Below, piece after piece: positions 10,164 to 19,626 of a stretch of 64,000 bases of DNA. Positions within the stretch are counted from its first letter, which is position 1. Each line of letters begins with the position of its first letter. The notes beneath the pieces were generated by a model that searched no databases, was not told the DNA's origin, and saw nothing but the letters and a program-made list of their open reading frames with translations. Origin of the DNA: Salipiger bermudensis (lineage in GTDB: Archaea > Thermoplasmatota > Poseidoniia > Poseidoniales > Poseidoniaceae); contig CAXQWT010000040.1 of assembly GCA_964227855.1 (NCBI GenBank), forward strand, positions 2,548-66,547. Reading direction: 5' to 3'. Both the position numbers and the translations under genes were made by a program.

Positions 10164-12212
10164 GTGGTGACGCTTGGCAAGTGTATGGCAGATGTCGGTC
10201 GTCAGGAACCTGAGGGTGATGTGACCGATGCATCGACCTTCGATACAGAGCAATTAGGGTTCATGTGTGGTATTGAAGTCCACCAGCAACTTGCTACCGG
10301 AAAGCTCCATTCACGCCAACCTTCAATGCTCTTTGATGTAACCATTGATACCGTTCCAGACGATTGGCCTCGTTACGCTCGTAAACTGCGATTGGCTAGT
10401 GGCGAGGGCGGTAAAGTCGATGTGGCAGCGCGCTTTGAAAAGCGAAGAAACCGTTCTTTCGTATACATTCAATCACCAAATTCTGGTTTGATTGAATTGG
10501 ATGAAAGTCCTCCGCTCACACATGATTCTGATGCCCTCGATGTAGCGCTAACCGTCTCAGCAATGCTTGGAGCAAAGCCTGTAGGTGCTGTCCAAACAAT
10601 GAGAAAAACCGTTGTCGATGGTTCCAATACAAGCGGTTTCCAACGTACTTCTCTTATCTCAACAGATGGCACATTGAAGACTGAAACGGGGGATGTAGGA
10701 ATCGATGTTCTATGCCTTGAAGAAGACAGTGCTCGTAAACTGGAGAGTATATCTACCGATCACGGTGAACAGGTCATCTACAATCTTGACCGTCTTGGAG
10801 TACCGTTGATCGAGATTGCAACATCTCCTGATATCCAATCGCCCGAGCATGCAAAAGAGACGGCTATGGCTTTAGGACGAACGTTGCGAGACACCCGACG
10901 CGTTCGACGTGGACTTGGTTCCATTCGGCAAGATTTGAATGTCAGTGTTGCATGTGGAGACCGAGTTGAAATCAAGGGTTGTCAAGATCTTGGATGGATC
11001 CCTCGAATCGTTCGGCTAGAAATGGTTCGTCAAGTCCACATGTATCGTCTTGCGAACGAATTGCGTTCGTCACTCGGTTTGCCGTCACTCCCCCCAGATC
11101 GTGATCTTGATGACGTTCAAACTGAATCTGAAGTCGCTGAATCCGTTGCCAAACACATCCCTCTCGAATTCATGGATGTTACCTCATCCTTCTCGTCCTG
11201 TGAGAGTCGTATGGTTGTAGAAGGGCTTTCTGAAGGGTATTCAATGCTTGCACTCTCACTCAAGGGATTTGATGGGAAAATAGGTTCCAAGACTTTGGAT
11301 GTCGATGGCTCTCAACTCCCTCGACTCGGACGAGAGTTAGCAGGAGCTGCAAAACTTGCCGGTGTGCGAGGGGTCTTCCATTCTGACGAACTTCCCGCTT
11401 ACGGCATTGAACAAGAGCATGTTGAACTTGTTTGTTCTGAATTACAACTTGATGAAGCGGATGCGTTCGTACTCTGCCTTGCCCCAATCTGGCAAGCACG
11501 GCTTGCACTTGAATCGGTTGGGCGTAGGGCACGATTGGCATTCCATCGAATTCCCCAAGAGGTTCGAAATGTCGTTGTCAAGAAAGGAGCTCCTGATGAC
11601 GGAACAACCTCTCCCATGCGCCCACTACCGGGTGGTGCACGAATGTATCCTGAAACGGATGTACCAACCATTCCAATCCAACCAAGTCATTGGCAACGTA
11701 TCGCTGAGAATCTCCCAATGCGACAAGATGAGCGAATGCAACGCTTAGCCGGGACTGAACTTTCTGAAGATCAATGCAAACAACTTCTGTCACGAGAATT
11801 GGACGATTCATTCTTCGATTATCATGACTCAAAAAGCAAGGCTTGGGGAATGCTTCTCCTCGAACATGAATCTGTCCAACCAATCGTTTTGTCTCAAATT
11901 TTATCGGTTCGTGAACAAGGAAGACTCACCCGTGAAGGAATTGAGCAGGTTGTGGAACATTTCGCTCACGCCAATCATATCACGGCTGGAGAGATTGAAA
12001 CCTTTGCTCATGAAAACAATCTTGTTCCAGCCGATGTTGGTGACCTTGAATCAATTGTAGAAGGTATCGTTTTGGAACGTATTGATTTCGTCAAAGAGCG
12101 AGGAATGGGTGCAATGGGCCCACTCATGGGTGTTGTCATGGGCGCTTGTCCTGGAGTCGATGGCAAGGAAGTCAGTTCAGTACTCCGGACAATGATCCAG
12201 AGGCATTCATGA
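10164..12212 (+). CDS. gatE: Glutamyl-tRNA(Gln) amidotransferase subunit E (GatE).
   Basis: Conserved GatE N-terminus GIEVHQQLATGKLH, an AspRS-like insertion domain, and a GatB/YqeY-like C-terminal domain. Length ~680 aa. Confidence 0.8.
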   Translation: MVTLGKCMADVGRQEPEGDVTDASTFDTEQLGFMCGIEVHQQLATGKLHSRQPSMLFDVTIDTVPDDWPRYARKLRLASGEGGKVDVAARFEKRRNRSFVYIQSPNSGLIELDESPPLTHDSDALDVALTVSAMLGAKPVGAVQTMRKTVVDGSNTSGFQRTSLISTDGTLKTETGDVGIDVLCLEEDSARKLESISTDHGEQVIYNLDRLGVPLIEIATSPDIQSPEHAKETAMALGRTLRDTRRVRRGLGSIRQDLNVSVACGDRVEIKGCQDLGWIPRIVRLEMVRQVHMYRLANELRSSLGLPSLPPDRDLDDVQTESEVAESVAKHIPLEFMDVTSSFSSCESRMVVEGLSEGYSMLALSLKGFDGKIGSKTLDVDGSQLPRLGRELAGAAKLAGVRGVFHSDELPAYGIEQEHVELVCSELQLDEADAFVLCLAPIWQARLALESVGRRARLAFHRIPQEVRNVVVKKGAPDDGTTSPMRPLPGGARMYPETDVPTIPIQPSHWQRIAENLPMRQDERMQRLAGTELSEDQCKQLLSRELDDSFFDYHDSKSKAWGMLLLEHESVQPIVLSQILSVREQGRLTREGIEQVVEHFAHANHITAGEIETFAHENNLVPADVGDLESIVEGIVLERIDFVKERGMGAMGPLMGVVMGACPGVDGKEVSSVLRTMIQRHS

Positions 12213-13831
12213 TGAGGATTGCATCGGTTCTTGTGCTTACACTGTTCATTGTACCTCTCGCCCAAGCCTCCTCAGATTCCTCATGGACGCATGAATTTGA
12301 ATCTGGATATATTTCAACGCAGCCTCTTATTCAAGAGGATTCCGTATTCGTTCGGATTTCGGGATTCTGGACGGGTGAAGAACGACCAATTGTTGCAGCA
12401 TTTGAACTCGAAACTGGAAACGAGATGTGGAGATACACGTCACAAACATCGCTTCAGCACGACATGGCACCTCTTCTCTTCGTAGAGGAGGGGGCTGGGG
12501 CCTGTGGCACTTGGAACGATCTTCTTTTGGTTGGTTGGGCTGATGGAATCATCACTGCCCATTCACCAACAAACGGCTCAATTGTCTGGCAAAATCAAAC
12601 CGAAGTAGAACTCATTGGCATCACGGGTAAGATGGCATTGGATGAAGACCGAGTAGTTGTTCCAACGCGCACAGGGCTGTCGAGTTTCTGTCTTGCAGAC
12701 GGTGTTGAATTGCTGGATGTTGACACTGGAAACATCGGTTGGAGAAATGGAGTTACGGTCATGGAGGGGGGGTACGTCTTCGGAGACGAATCCGGTTACC
12801 TCCACGAAGTGGATAGGAATGGAATTCTTTCAAGCACATTTCTTGGTGAAGGAAAAATACGCCATGCACCATTGGACACACGGCACGGCCTTCTTGTCCA
12901 TCTTCAAACATTGCAAGGTTCGACAATCTACCTCAATGGCTCAATCATAGCCAATGCAGGTACATCTCCTGCTATCCCTCTTCTCCACGAAGATCGCATC
13001 TATGCTGCTACCAATGATGAGTGGATTTCCATTCAATGCGATGAACAATCATGCGCTGTTGACTCTATGGAATCGTTCCGTTCCAACGGCGAATTGGCGT
13101 TACGTCTCGTTGAAAATGAAATCGAAGTATGGGCTCCATCCAACACTCCAGATGGCGGCTGGGGTGTTTTCAATCAATCTTCATTCATCCGTATGGAAAC
13201 GACCGTGTTCGACACATATGGAACCTCTGCACCGGGATTTGGACAAGGGGCAATCGCATTGGGTAATGACGCTGGTATTCTCTCGGTAAGTTACTCAGCC
13301 ACGAAGGATTCGTCACCAAACACATCCGAACTTGACGTTCTTGGAACAGTTCATTATCTGGTTATCATCATGCTTTTTGCTCTCTCGTGCTGTTTCTTTG
13401 CCTTGCAAAATTGGCAACAATTGGCGAAGTTTGGATCCGCTTTCCTTCTCGTTGTAGCTATCGCAGTAGTGCCGGAATTGTCCATTAAACTCTCCGAGCA
13501 AACCGCATCGGATCAGAACGTGGAATGGGATGCAACATGGCCAGATGAATGGAAAGGAACACAAGTAATCCTCTTCGAAATTAATGGTAAGGAGCATGTA
13601 ATTGGTGGATTAGAGCCGCAAGATACGGTCTATGATTTGACGTTGTTAGCGTGCGACTCACTGGAGATTACAACAGAAATTGAACAACAGTATCTCGGCG
13701 CATATTTGGTTTCGTTCAACGGGAGCGTTGGTGACGGTTGGGAATTTACAATCGATGGGACGTGGGCATCAGTTGGAATGTCTGATGCGCAACTTAATCC
13801 TGATTCAATCGTAGAATGGCGACCCGTTTGA
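12209..13831 (+). CDS. Surface protein: signal peptide, PQQ-like (BamB-like) beta-propeller, two TM helices and a C-terminal DUF4430-like (transcobalamin beta-domain-like) module.
   Basis: The ATG at 12209 overlaps the gatE TGA (ATGA). Signal peptide is MMRIASVLVLTLFIVPLAQA. PQQ-type blades: ETGNEMWRYT, TNGSIVWQNQ, DTGNIGWRNG. TM helices are VHYLVIIMLFALSCCFFAL and AFLLVVAIAVV. The C-terminus YLVSFNGSVGDGWEFTIDGTWASVGMSDAQLNPDSIVEWRP follows the DUF4430 W.Y.VNG...G......L..GD.I.W pattern. Confidence 0.55.
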   Translation: MMRIASVLVLTLFIVPLAQASSDSSWTHEFESGYISTQPLIQEDSVFVRISGFWTGEERPIVAAFELETGNEMWRYTSQTSLQHDMAPLLFVEEGAGACGTWNDLLLVGWADGIITAHSPTNGSIVWQNQTEVELIGITGKMALDEDRVVVPTRTGLSSFCLADGVELLDVDTGNIGWRNGVTVMEGGYVFGDESGYLHEVDRNGILSSTFLGEGKIRHAPLDTRHGLLVHLQTLQGSTIYLNGSIIANAGTSPAIPLLHEDRIYAATNDEWISIQCDEQSCAVDSMESFRSNGELALRLVENEIEVWAPSNTPDGGWGVFNQSSFIRMETTVFDTYGTSAPGFGQGAIALGNDAGILSVSYSATKDSSPNTSELDVLGTVHYLVIIMLFALSCCFFALQNWQQLAKFGSAFLLVVAIAVVPELSIKLSEQTASDQNVEWDATWPDEWKGTQVILFEINGKEHVIGGLEPQDTVYDLTLLACDSLEITTEIEQQYLGAYLVSFNGSVGDGWEFTIDGTWASVGMSDAQLNPDSIVEWRPV

Positions 13832-14529
13832 GCGGTAACACTCAAGGCTCACCGCTAAGTCGGGAGAACATGTTGAGCGCAATAGGCACCCACGGGCCTA
13901 CCGTCTCACCGCTTGCGATGGGGCTATTGAATGCCTCACTTTTCGCAGTCGCCGTTTGGTTGTTGGTTAAACCACAGCAAAAGACCGAAACATGGCTTTG
14001 GCCATTGTTCCTGTTCGTCGGCTTGGCTTCGGTTTCACGCATTGCAATGAGTTTCATTCCAAACGTAATGCCCGTCACCATCATGGCCGTTATGATCGGG
14101 TCCAAGTTTGGTGCGCAGCGCGGCTTTTCCTTTGCGATACTCGTTACGCTTGCTAGCAATGCAGTGCTTGGACATGGATGGTGGAGTTTCTTCCAGATGA
14201 TTGGATGGGGCTCAGTTGCTGCCGCAGCATCGATTGTGAAGGTTCATGATGTGGAAGGGAAACTATCGATGAGTCGACTTGCATTCGCATCTTTGTGGAG
14301 CGTTCCAATCTTCAGTATCATCGTCTCGGTTTCAATTCTTGATTCAAGCATGTCAATGATTGAATTCGGCCTCTACGTTGCGAATGGATTGCTGTACGAC
14401 GTTCTTCACTTCCTCGGCAATGTCTTCTTTGCCATGTGGTTTGGGCAATGGTTTGAGCGTCTGCTCATGATGAATCAACCGCAAAACCAGCTCGTCCAAC
14501 AGGAGAATGAGCATGTCAGCACTTTCTGA
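13816..14529 (+). CDS. Polytopic membrane protein (6-7 TM), possibly an ECF-transporter S-component-like protein.
   Basis: About seven hydrophobic helices with no soluble domains. The ATG at 13816 overlaps the upstream stop by 16 nt; the alternative ATG at 13870 (MLSAIG) leaves a short gap. The functional call is weak. Confidence 0.4.
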   Translation: MATRLSGNTQGSPLSRENMLSAIGTHGPTVSPLAMGLLNASLFAVAVWLLVKPQQKTETWLWPLFLFVGLASVSRIAMSFIPNVMPVTIMAVMIGSKFGAQRGFSFAILVTLASNAVLGHGWWSFFQMIGWGSVAAAASIVKVHDVEGKLSMSRLAFASLWSVPIFSIIVSVSILDSSMSMIEFGLYVANGLLYDVLHFLGNVFFAMWFGQWFERLLMMNQPQNQLVQQENEHVSTF

Positions 14530-14539
14530 TCCACCGACT

Positions 14540-14884
14540 ATGGCGTTTCTTTGTCGGGTTGACCTCCAACTTTCATCTGGAAAGCTTGCTGTACAATGCG
14601 CACATGCGGCTGTGAGTTCTCTTCAGCGGGCCAAGAAAACGCATTCGAGAATGGTTCAACGTTGGACTGAATCAGCATCACGTAAGATTTGTCTTGCAGT
14701 CGAGGATGAAGATGAATTGGAGTATTACCTTGAACGTGTTCAAGACGCGTCACTTCCATTTGCTCTCATCAAGGATGCCGGTTTAACAGAAGTTGCACCA
14801 GGAACTGTGACCGTACTCGGAGTTGGACCCGGCCCGCGACACACAATGGACTCGCTGTTTCGAAATCTGAAAGCATACGAATGA
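14540..14884 (+). CDS. pth2: Peptidyl-tRNA hydrolase, PTH2 family (copy 1).
   Basis: MAFLCRVDLQLSSGKLAVQCAHAAV...TVLGVGPGP matches the archaeal/eukaryotic Pth2 fold consensus. Length ~115 aa. Confidence 0.8.
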   Translation: MAFLCRVDLQLSSGKLAVQCAHAAVSSLQRAKKTHSRMVQRWTESASRKICLAVEDEDELEYYLERVQDASLPFALIKDAGLTEVAPGTVTVLGVGPGPRHTMDSLFRNLKAYE

Positions 14885-14971
14885 GGTCATCGGATGGGTT
14901 TTCGAAGTTTTCTCCATCGAATCACTGCGCCGAAATTCCAACGGTTTGTTCATCGGGATGAATCGCTGAAG

Positions 14972-15313
14972 ATGGTTTTCATCATTAATCACGACCTGAA
15001 AATGGGGAAAGGAAAAATAGCAGCACAAGTCGGTCACGCGGCTGTTAAAGCTACTCTGAAATCGGGAGAACTCCAGCCAGAACTCCTCGATGCATGGCTC
15101 TCTACAGGGCAGAAAAAAATCTGTGTGAAGGCCGATGATGCAAGGCATATTGAGCAGATTGAACAACAAGCAAAGCAACTTCAGGTTCTTACATCAAAGA
15201 TTTACGATGCTGGCCACACTCAAATTCCAGCAGGTTCGCTAACCGTTCTTGCACTGGGCCCTGAAGACGATAAGAAACTCGATACATTAACGGGAGAATT
15301 GAAACTTCTCTAA
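14972..15313 (+). CDS. Peptidyl-tRNA hydrolase, PTH2 family (copy 2, tandem paralog). The upstream alternative start is at 14894.
   Basis: [25 protein letters not shown]...TVLALGPE carries the same PTH2 core motifs as copy 1 but is clearly diverged from it. Confidence 0.75.
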   Translation: MVFIINHDLKMGKGKIAAQVGHAAVKATLKSGELQPELLDAWLSTGQKKICVKADDARHIEQIEQQAKQLQVLTSKIYDAGHTQIPAGSLTVLALGPEDDKKLDTLTGELKLL

Positions 15314-15351
15314 GTCGATTCTTTGAACATGGGAAACAAGGTGGACCAACC

Positions 15352-16398
15352 ATGCGCGACATCAACTCCAATCGGATTGACTTACGGTCGGATACCGTAA
15401 CCCAACCAACGATCGGAATGCGTGAGGCCATGGCACAAGCAGAAGTTGGAGACGATGTTCTCGGTGACGATCCTACTGTTCAGCAACTCGAATCGATGGT
15501 TGCTGAACTCTGTGGCAAGGAGGCTGGCCTCTTTGTTCCATCAGGAACCATGTCGAACGCTGTGGCATTGAAGACGCATACAGTACCAGGGGATGAGATT
15601 GTCACTGAGCGTTACAGCCACATCTACCTCTACGAAGGAGGCGGATATGCTGCTCTCTGTGGCTCAAGTATAGCTCTTCCAGAGGGAGTAAACGGCCTAC
15701 TAACGCCAGATCTCGTCGAACAATCCATCCGGAAGCAAAGCGGTTCGCAATCCCATTACCCGGATGGGACTCTGGTTTGCGTTGAGAATACAGCAAATCG
15801 CGGCGGTGGAACCTGCTACGAACAGGACGTTCTTGATGCAATTGCCGAAGTCTCGAAATCAAAGAATTGTTCAACGCACATCGATGGAGCCCGTATCTTC
15901 AATGCTTCAGTTGCAACAAACACAGCCTTGCCTCGAATGACACGCGATTACGATTCCATTTCCATTTGTTTATCCAAGGGCTTGGGCGCTCCAGTCGGTT
16001 CCGTACTCGTTGGTTCGGAAGCGTTCATTGAACAAGCCCATCGTTGGCGGAAAATGTTTGGCGGTGGCATGCGCCAATCAGGAATTCTTGCTGCTGCAGG
16101 ACTCTATGCACTCGAGAACAACATTCAACGAATGGAAGACGACCATCGTAGAGCGAGAACCATTGCTCAAGCAATTGATGAAATGGATCACGTTTCGGTG
16201 GACTTCGATGCCGTTCAAACCAATATGGTGTATTTCTCTGCAAGCAATTATTCTGCAAACGAAGTCTCACAAAAAATGGCTAAGGCAGGTATTGACATGT
16301 TCGATATTTCACCGACACATTGTCGAATCGTAACACACCTCCACATAACAGATGATGATGTCAAGAACGTTATCGAAGTGTTGTCGAATCTCGGTTGA
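15352..16398 (+). CDS. ltaE: Low-specificity L-threonine aldolase (PLP-dependent).
   Basis: N-terminal [12 protein letters not shown], the GTMSNAVAL region and [11 protein letters not shown] (PLP lysine region). Length ~350 aa. Confidence 0.85.
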   Translation: MRDINSNRIDLRSDTVTQPTIGMREAMAQAEVGDDVLGDDPTVQQLESMVAELCGKEAGLFVPSGTMSNAVALKTHTVPGDEIVTERYSHIYLYEGGGYAALCGSSIALPEGVNGLLTPDLVEQSIRKQSGSQSHYPDGTLVCVENTANRGGGTCYEQDVLDAIAEVSKSKNCSTHIDGARIFNASVATNTALPRMTRDYDSISICLSKGLGAPVGSVLVGSEAFIEQAHRWRKMFGGGMRQSGILAAAGLYALENNIQRMEDDHRRARTIAQAIDEMDHVSVDFDAVQTNMVYFSASNYSANEVSQKMAKAGIDMFDISPTHCRIVTHLHITDDDVKNVIEVLSNLG

Positions 16399-16430
16399 AA
16401 CTTTTTAACACCTCGACAGACAAAACCTGC

Positions 16431-18689
16431 ATGATTGGGGAAGCCTGTGGCATCTGCCAAAACGAAAACATCGAAACAAACTGTTCAATCTGCATCCGCT
16501 GTGTTGAGTTAACAGAAGAAAGTAAATGGGCGCCGTCGTTACCTTTGGAGGTACATCAGCGAATGGCTGACGTCTTAGGTGGGCCTGTACGCTCACTTCG
16601 CAAACGATGGGGAAACCTTGAACGATTCATGTCTCATACTCCGGATGTTGATTGGGCCCGACTCGATGATCCCGAAATGGATCCGGTTCGAATGTCGCCT
16701 TTCCCTGAAGAAGAAGAAAAAATCTTCATTGAAAAACTTGAAAATCGAAGTGGTATTTCTGGTTATGAAAAAGAACGGTTGGAGGATGGCTTCCTCATGT
16801 CCGATGGAACTCTGCTATCCTTTATTGATGGAAGGATGTGGATTGATGGACGCTCACACGAAGCGAGAATTCCAACCGAGCAGTTTCTTCTTCTTCTCAT
16901 GAATACCGAAGAACGCAAAGGATGGGATGTAATCAAACTTTTTCTAGCGATCAGCGGGTTGTACCAAACAATCGATCTGCGAGGGCGGCCACAACGATAC
17001 ATGCAACGTTTCCATCGGCTTTTTGGTCAAATAGAGCGAGACCTTCTTTCTTCCTTTGACGCCTTTGCACAAACATCATTCCTCTTGGATCAAAATGAAC
17101 GAAGAAAGAAGATATCGAAGCTTCCAGATGAGCAAAGCTGGTCATATGAATTGATGAATCAACTTTCAGGGCGTCGTCCACGCCAAAGACTCAAGTTTGC
17201 GCGAAGGTTTATTCGAGAAGGGGAAAACAAATCCCTTTGCCCTTCAAAATGGCCTTGGGTTCAACGCTGGGTTGAAGTAAACAGTCAGGCCAATCACTCC
17301 AATGTTAGCTATCCATTCATGGTAAATGCAAAGGGTGTCCTTTGTTTTCGAACACTTGCTAAAAATGGAAATGTCCGACGAACTCCAATCCCGTTTCGTC
17401 CTGAATTATTGGCAGGTTTGATTTCGTGGGGATCGTCACCACATGCTTCGAAAGAAGGTGAATGGCTCATTGCTACACAAATGAATTGGACTGCGCCCTA
17501 TGGGGATGCAGAGACTGCAGACGTTCCATTCCGCCGTTCAATGCAATTCCTTCGAGGTGTACTCGAACAATTTCCAAACGATACCTGGGTTCACAGAGAC
17601 CGTTTACTCGTGCGAGGAATGCTTGGGCACTTCTACGAGGTCCGCATTAGCAGAGGAGCCCACAATGCACCCTTCAAAATCCATGGAGTAGGGAAAAAGC
17701 AAACACAGCGTCATTCGATTTGCATTCATACTGGAAAATACCATCGAGATATACCAATCGGAGACACGATTGCTATTGTTGTTCTCTCATTACTTTCGGA
17801 TGTCACCACTGGAAAACGCGTGAACAGTCTCCAAATGCATCTGATGACACAACCACCGATCGGCCATCCACAAAAGGATACAGGCGTAGACCCACAGACC
17901 TTTTACCAGACAAATGGCAGTGGATTTCGGTTTCCTTTGCACCCGCTCCTTCTTCGCGATGAAGGGGAGGTCGAAGAAATCGATTTGCAATCCCTTGATT
18001 TGATGACGGACAAGTCAATTGTTGAGGACTGGAGGATGCGTCCTTTGCGAGATGCAAGCTACGATCGGCCTGGCCATCTCAACCCTGCATTCGATTTTGA
18101 TTGGGATGATGAACAAATCCAAGAAGGGGACTTCTACCGCCGACGAGAAAACCCACCGTTCTTTCAGCAAATTCGAAACAACGTGATTGAGTACCGAGAC
18201 AATATAATCGAGTATAGAAACCTCGTTGAGGGCCGGCAGGACGAGGGTGAAGAAAGACCTCGTCTTGGCGACGATCAGTTTCATCGTTGGTATCATACGA
18301 TGCCCCTCGTATGGGAGGCTTTGTCCTTACAACCAATTGGACATCAAGTCGAACTAGGAGGAATTCGGGGCTTGTTTCGGATGCAGGGATGCAGGTTGAG
18401 ACTTACAATCCGCTCCGCTCAGGAGGAAGACGCCTTGCGACGAATTCTCGAAATCCTTGGATACCGACATGCTCGCTATCGGCAACTCAATCAAGTCTAC
18501 ATCCGCAGAGACTTCCCTATTGCAGATCCGCGACAGGTGCTGCGAGAACTGATGGAACCGATGACAGAAGAATTTGGTTTCGCTAACATTGATGATTACG
18601 TCCTTCGCTTCATCGAAGTAGGACGCCCGCCTGATCGGATGCCTGAAGTCGATGCACGTTTGCATGCAAACATGGTAGACTTTTACTGA
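16431..18689 (+). CDS. Large uncharacterised protein with an N-terminal Cys-rich zinc ribbon.
   Basis: The ORF-track start at 16395 is a TTG overlapping the ltaE stop; the first ATG is at 16431. The zinc ribbon is CGICQNENIETNCSICIRC. The remaining ~700 aa show no family I can recognise. It converges on the downstream gene with a 7-nt overlap. Confidence 0.5.
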   Translation: MIGEACGICQNENIETNCSICIRCVELTEESKWAPSLPLEVHQRMADVLGGPVRSLRKRWGNLERFMSHTPDVDWARLDDPEMDPVRMSPFPEEEEKIFIEKLENRSGISGYEKERLEDGFLMSDGTLLSFIDGRMWIDGRSHEARIPTEQFLLLLMNTEERKGWDVIKLFLAISGLYQTIDLRGRPQRYMQRFHRLFGQIERDLLSSFDAFAQTSFLLDQNERRKKISKLPDEQSWSYELMNQLSGRRPRQRLKFARRFIREGENKSLCPSKWPWVQRWVEVNSQANHSNVSYPFMVNAKGVLCFRTLAKNGNVRRTPIPFRPELLAGLISWGSSPHASKEGEWLIATQMNWTAPYGDAETADVPFRRSMQFLRGVLEQFPNDTWVHRDRLLVRGMLGHFYEVRISRGAHNAPFKIHGVGKKQTQRHSICIHTGKYHRDIPIGDTIAIVVLSLLSDVTTGKRVNSLQMHLMTQPPIGHPQKDTGVDPQTFYQTNGSGFRFPLHPLLLRDEGEVEEIDLQSLDLMTDKSIVEDWRMRPLRDASYDRPGHLNPAFDFDWDDEQIQEGDFYRRRENPPFFQQIRNNVIEYRDNIIEYRNLVEGRQDEGEERPRLGDDQFHRWYHTMPLVWEALSLQPIGHQVELGGIRGLFRMQGCRLRLTIRSAQEEDALRRILEILGYRHARYRQLNQVYIRRDFPIADPRQVLRELMEPMTEEFGFANIDDYVLRFIEVGRPPDRMPEVDARLHANMVDFY

Positions 18690-19579
18690 TTCTTGCGCAA
18701 CAATGCTACTGCAAGAATTGAAAGTACCGTCAATGACATTGGGATGAACGGCGTATCTTCAGTAATTGGTTCGGGTTGTTGTTCTTCTTCAATGACGACT
18801 GGTTCGATGTATTCTTCAAAAACGAGATGGACTTCTAGATCACTATCGTCGTAGGCATTTGCATAGCTGACATCCATCGTTCCAGTTGAGAAGCCAGTAG
18901 AGTCTACGACTCCTACGTCAATAATTTCTCGCAGGACGTGAGGATAATACTGCTGGTTGTTTGTGCCTTCGGGAAAGTAAGCCACTGTTTCTACCATCCA
19001 AATCGAGACGTTGTAAATCTTGTCGGTCGAATGATTGAAACTCCACGTAACGGTTCCAGAGTTTGTACCAGTAGGCACCCACATTAACGACATTAACCCC
19101 TCTCCTGCATCGTTAGGACGCTGTGCTAAATCAGTGTAATCAGCAACTAGAGAATCTCCAACAGGTTTGCTTCCTGTAATGGCATAGAGTCCGTTAAATC
19201 CTGCAATTGGTGGAGACCAAGGGGTGAAATCACCATATCGATCACGGAACCATTGGTCAACAGATTCACTTCCAAGGGGGTCCTCAGGGTCGTAGATGTT
19301 TCGATGGACGGCATAAATTTGCATGTTGACGCTTAGGGCAACTTCATCCATTGCCTCCTCCACATCCACACAATTCGAGCACCATGTAGCCGTGTAATCT
19401 TCGACAATTGCAGGTAGGTCATCGAAGGAACTGTTCACTGCAATGGATTCATTTGCCATTCCATGCAGTCCGCCGAGCAACAAACCTGAATCCAACTCTT
19501 CAACTTCAGCAGCATTGGATGAAGGAATCAGGCAGGACAATACGATCACGGACAAAGCCATAGCGAGAATACGAGACAT
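18683..19579 (-). CDS. Secreted thioredoxin-fold (WCSNC CxxC) protein with a C-terminal hydrophobic anchor.
   Basis: Signal peptide MSRILAMALSVIVLSCLIPSSNA. Redox motif ATWCSNCVD. The C-terminal PFIPMSLTVLSILAVALLRKNQ resembles an archaeal C-terminal sorting/anchor signal. Confidence 0.45.
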   Translation of the reverse strand: MSRILAMALSVIVLSCLIPSSNAAEVEELDSGLLLGGLHGMANESIAVNSSFDDLPAIVEDYTATWCSNCVDVEEAMDEVALSVNMQIYAVHRNIYDPEDPLGSESVDQWFRDRYGDFTPWSPPIAGFNGLYAITGSKPVGDSLVADYTDLAQRPNDAGEGLMSLMWVPTGTNSGTVTWSFNHSTDKIYNVSIWMVETVAYFPEGTNNQQYYPHVLREIIDVGVVDSTGFSTGTMDVSYANAYDDSDLEVHLVFEEYIEPVVIEEEQQPEPITEDTPFIPMSLTVLSILAVALLRKNQ

Positions 19580-19626
19580 GAATTCTCGCACAAGTAACCC
19601 CCTTATGAGGGAATCCTCTGTCTGAT

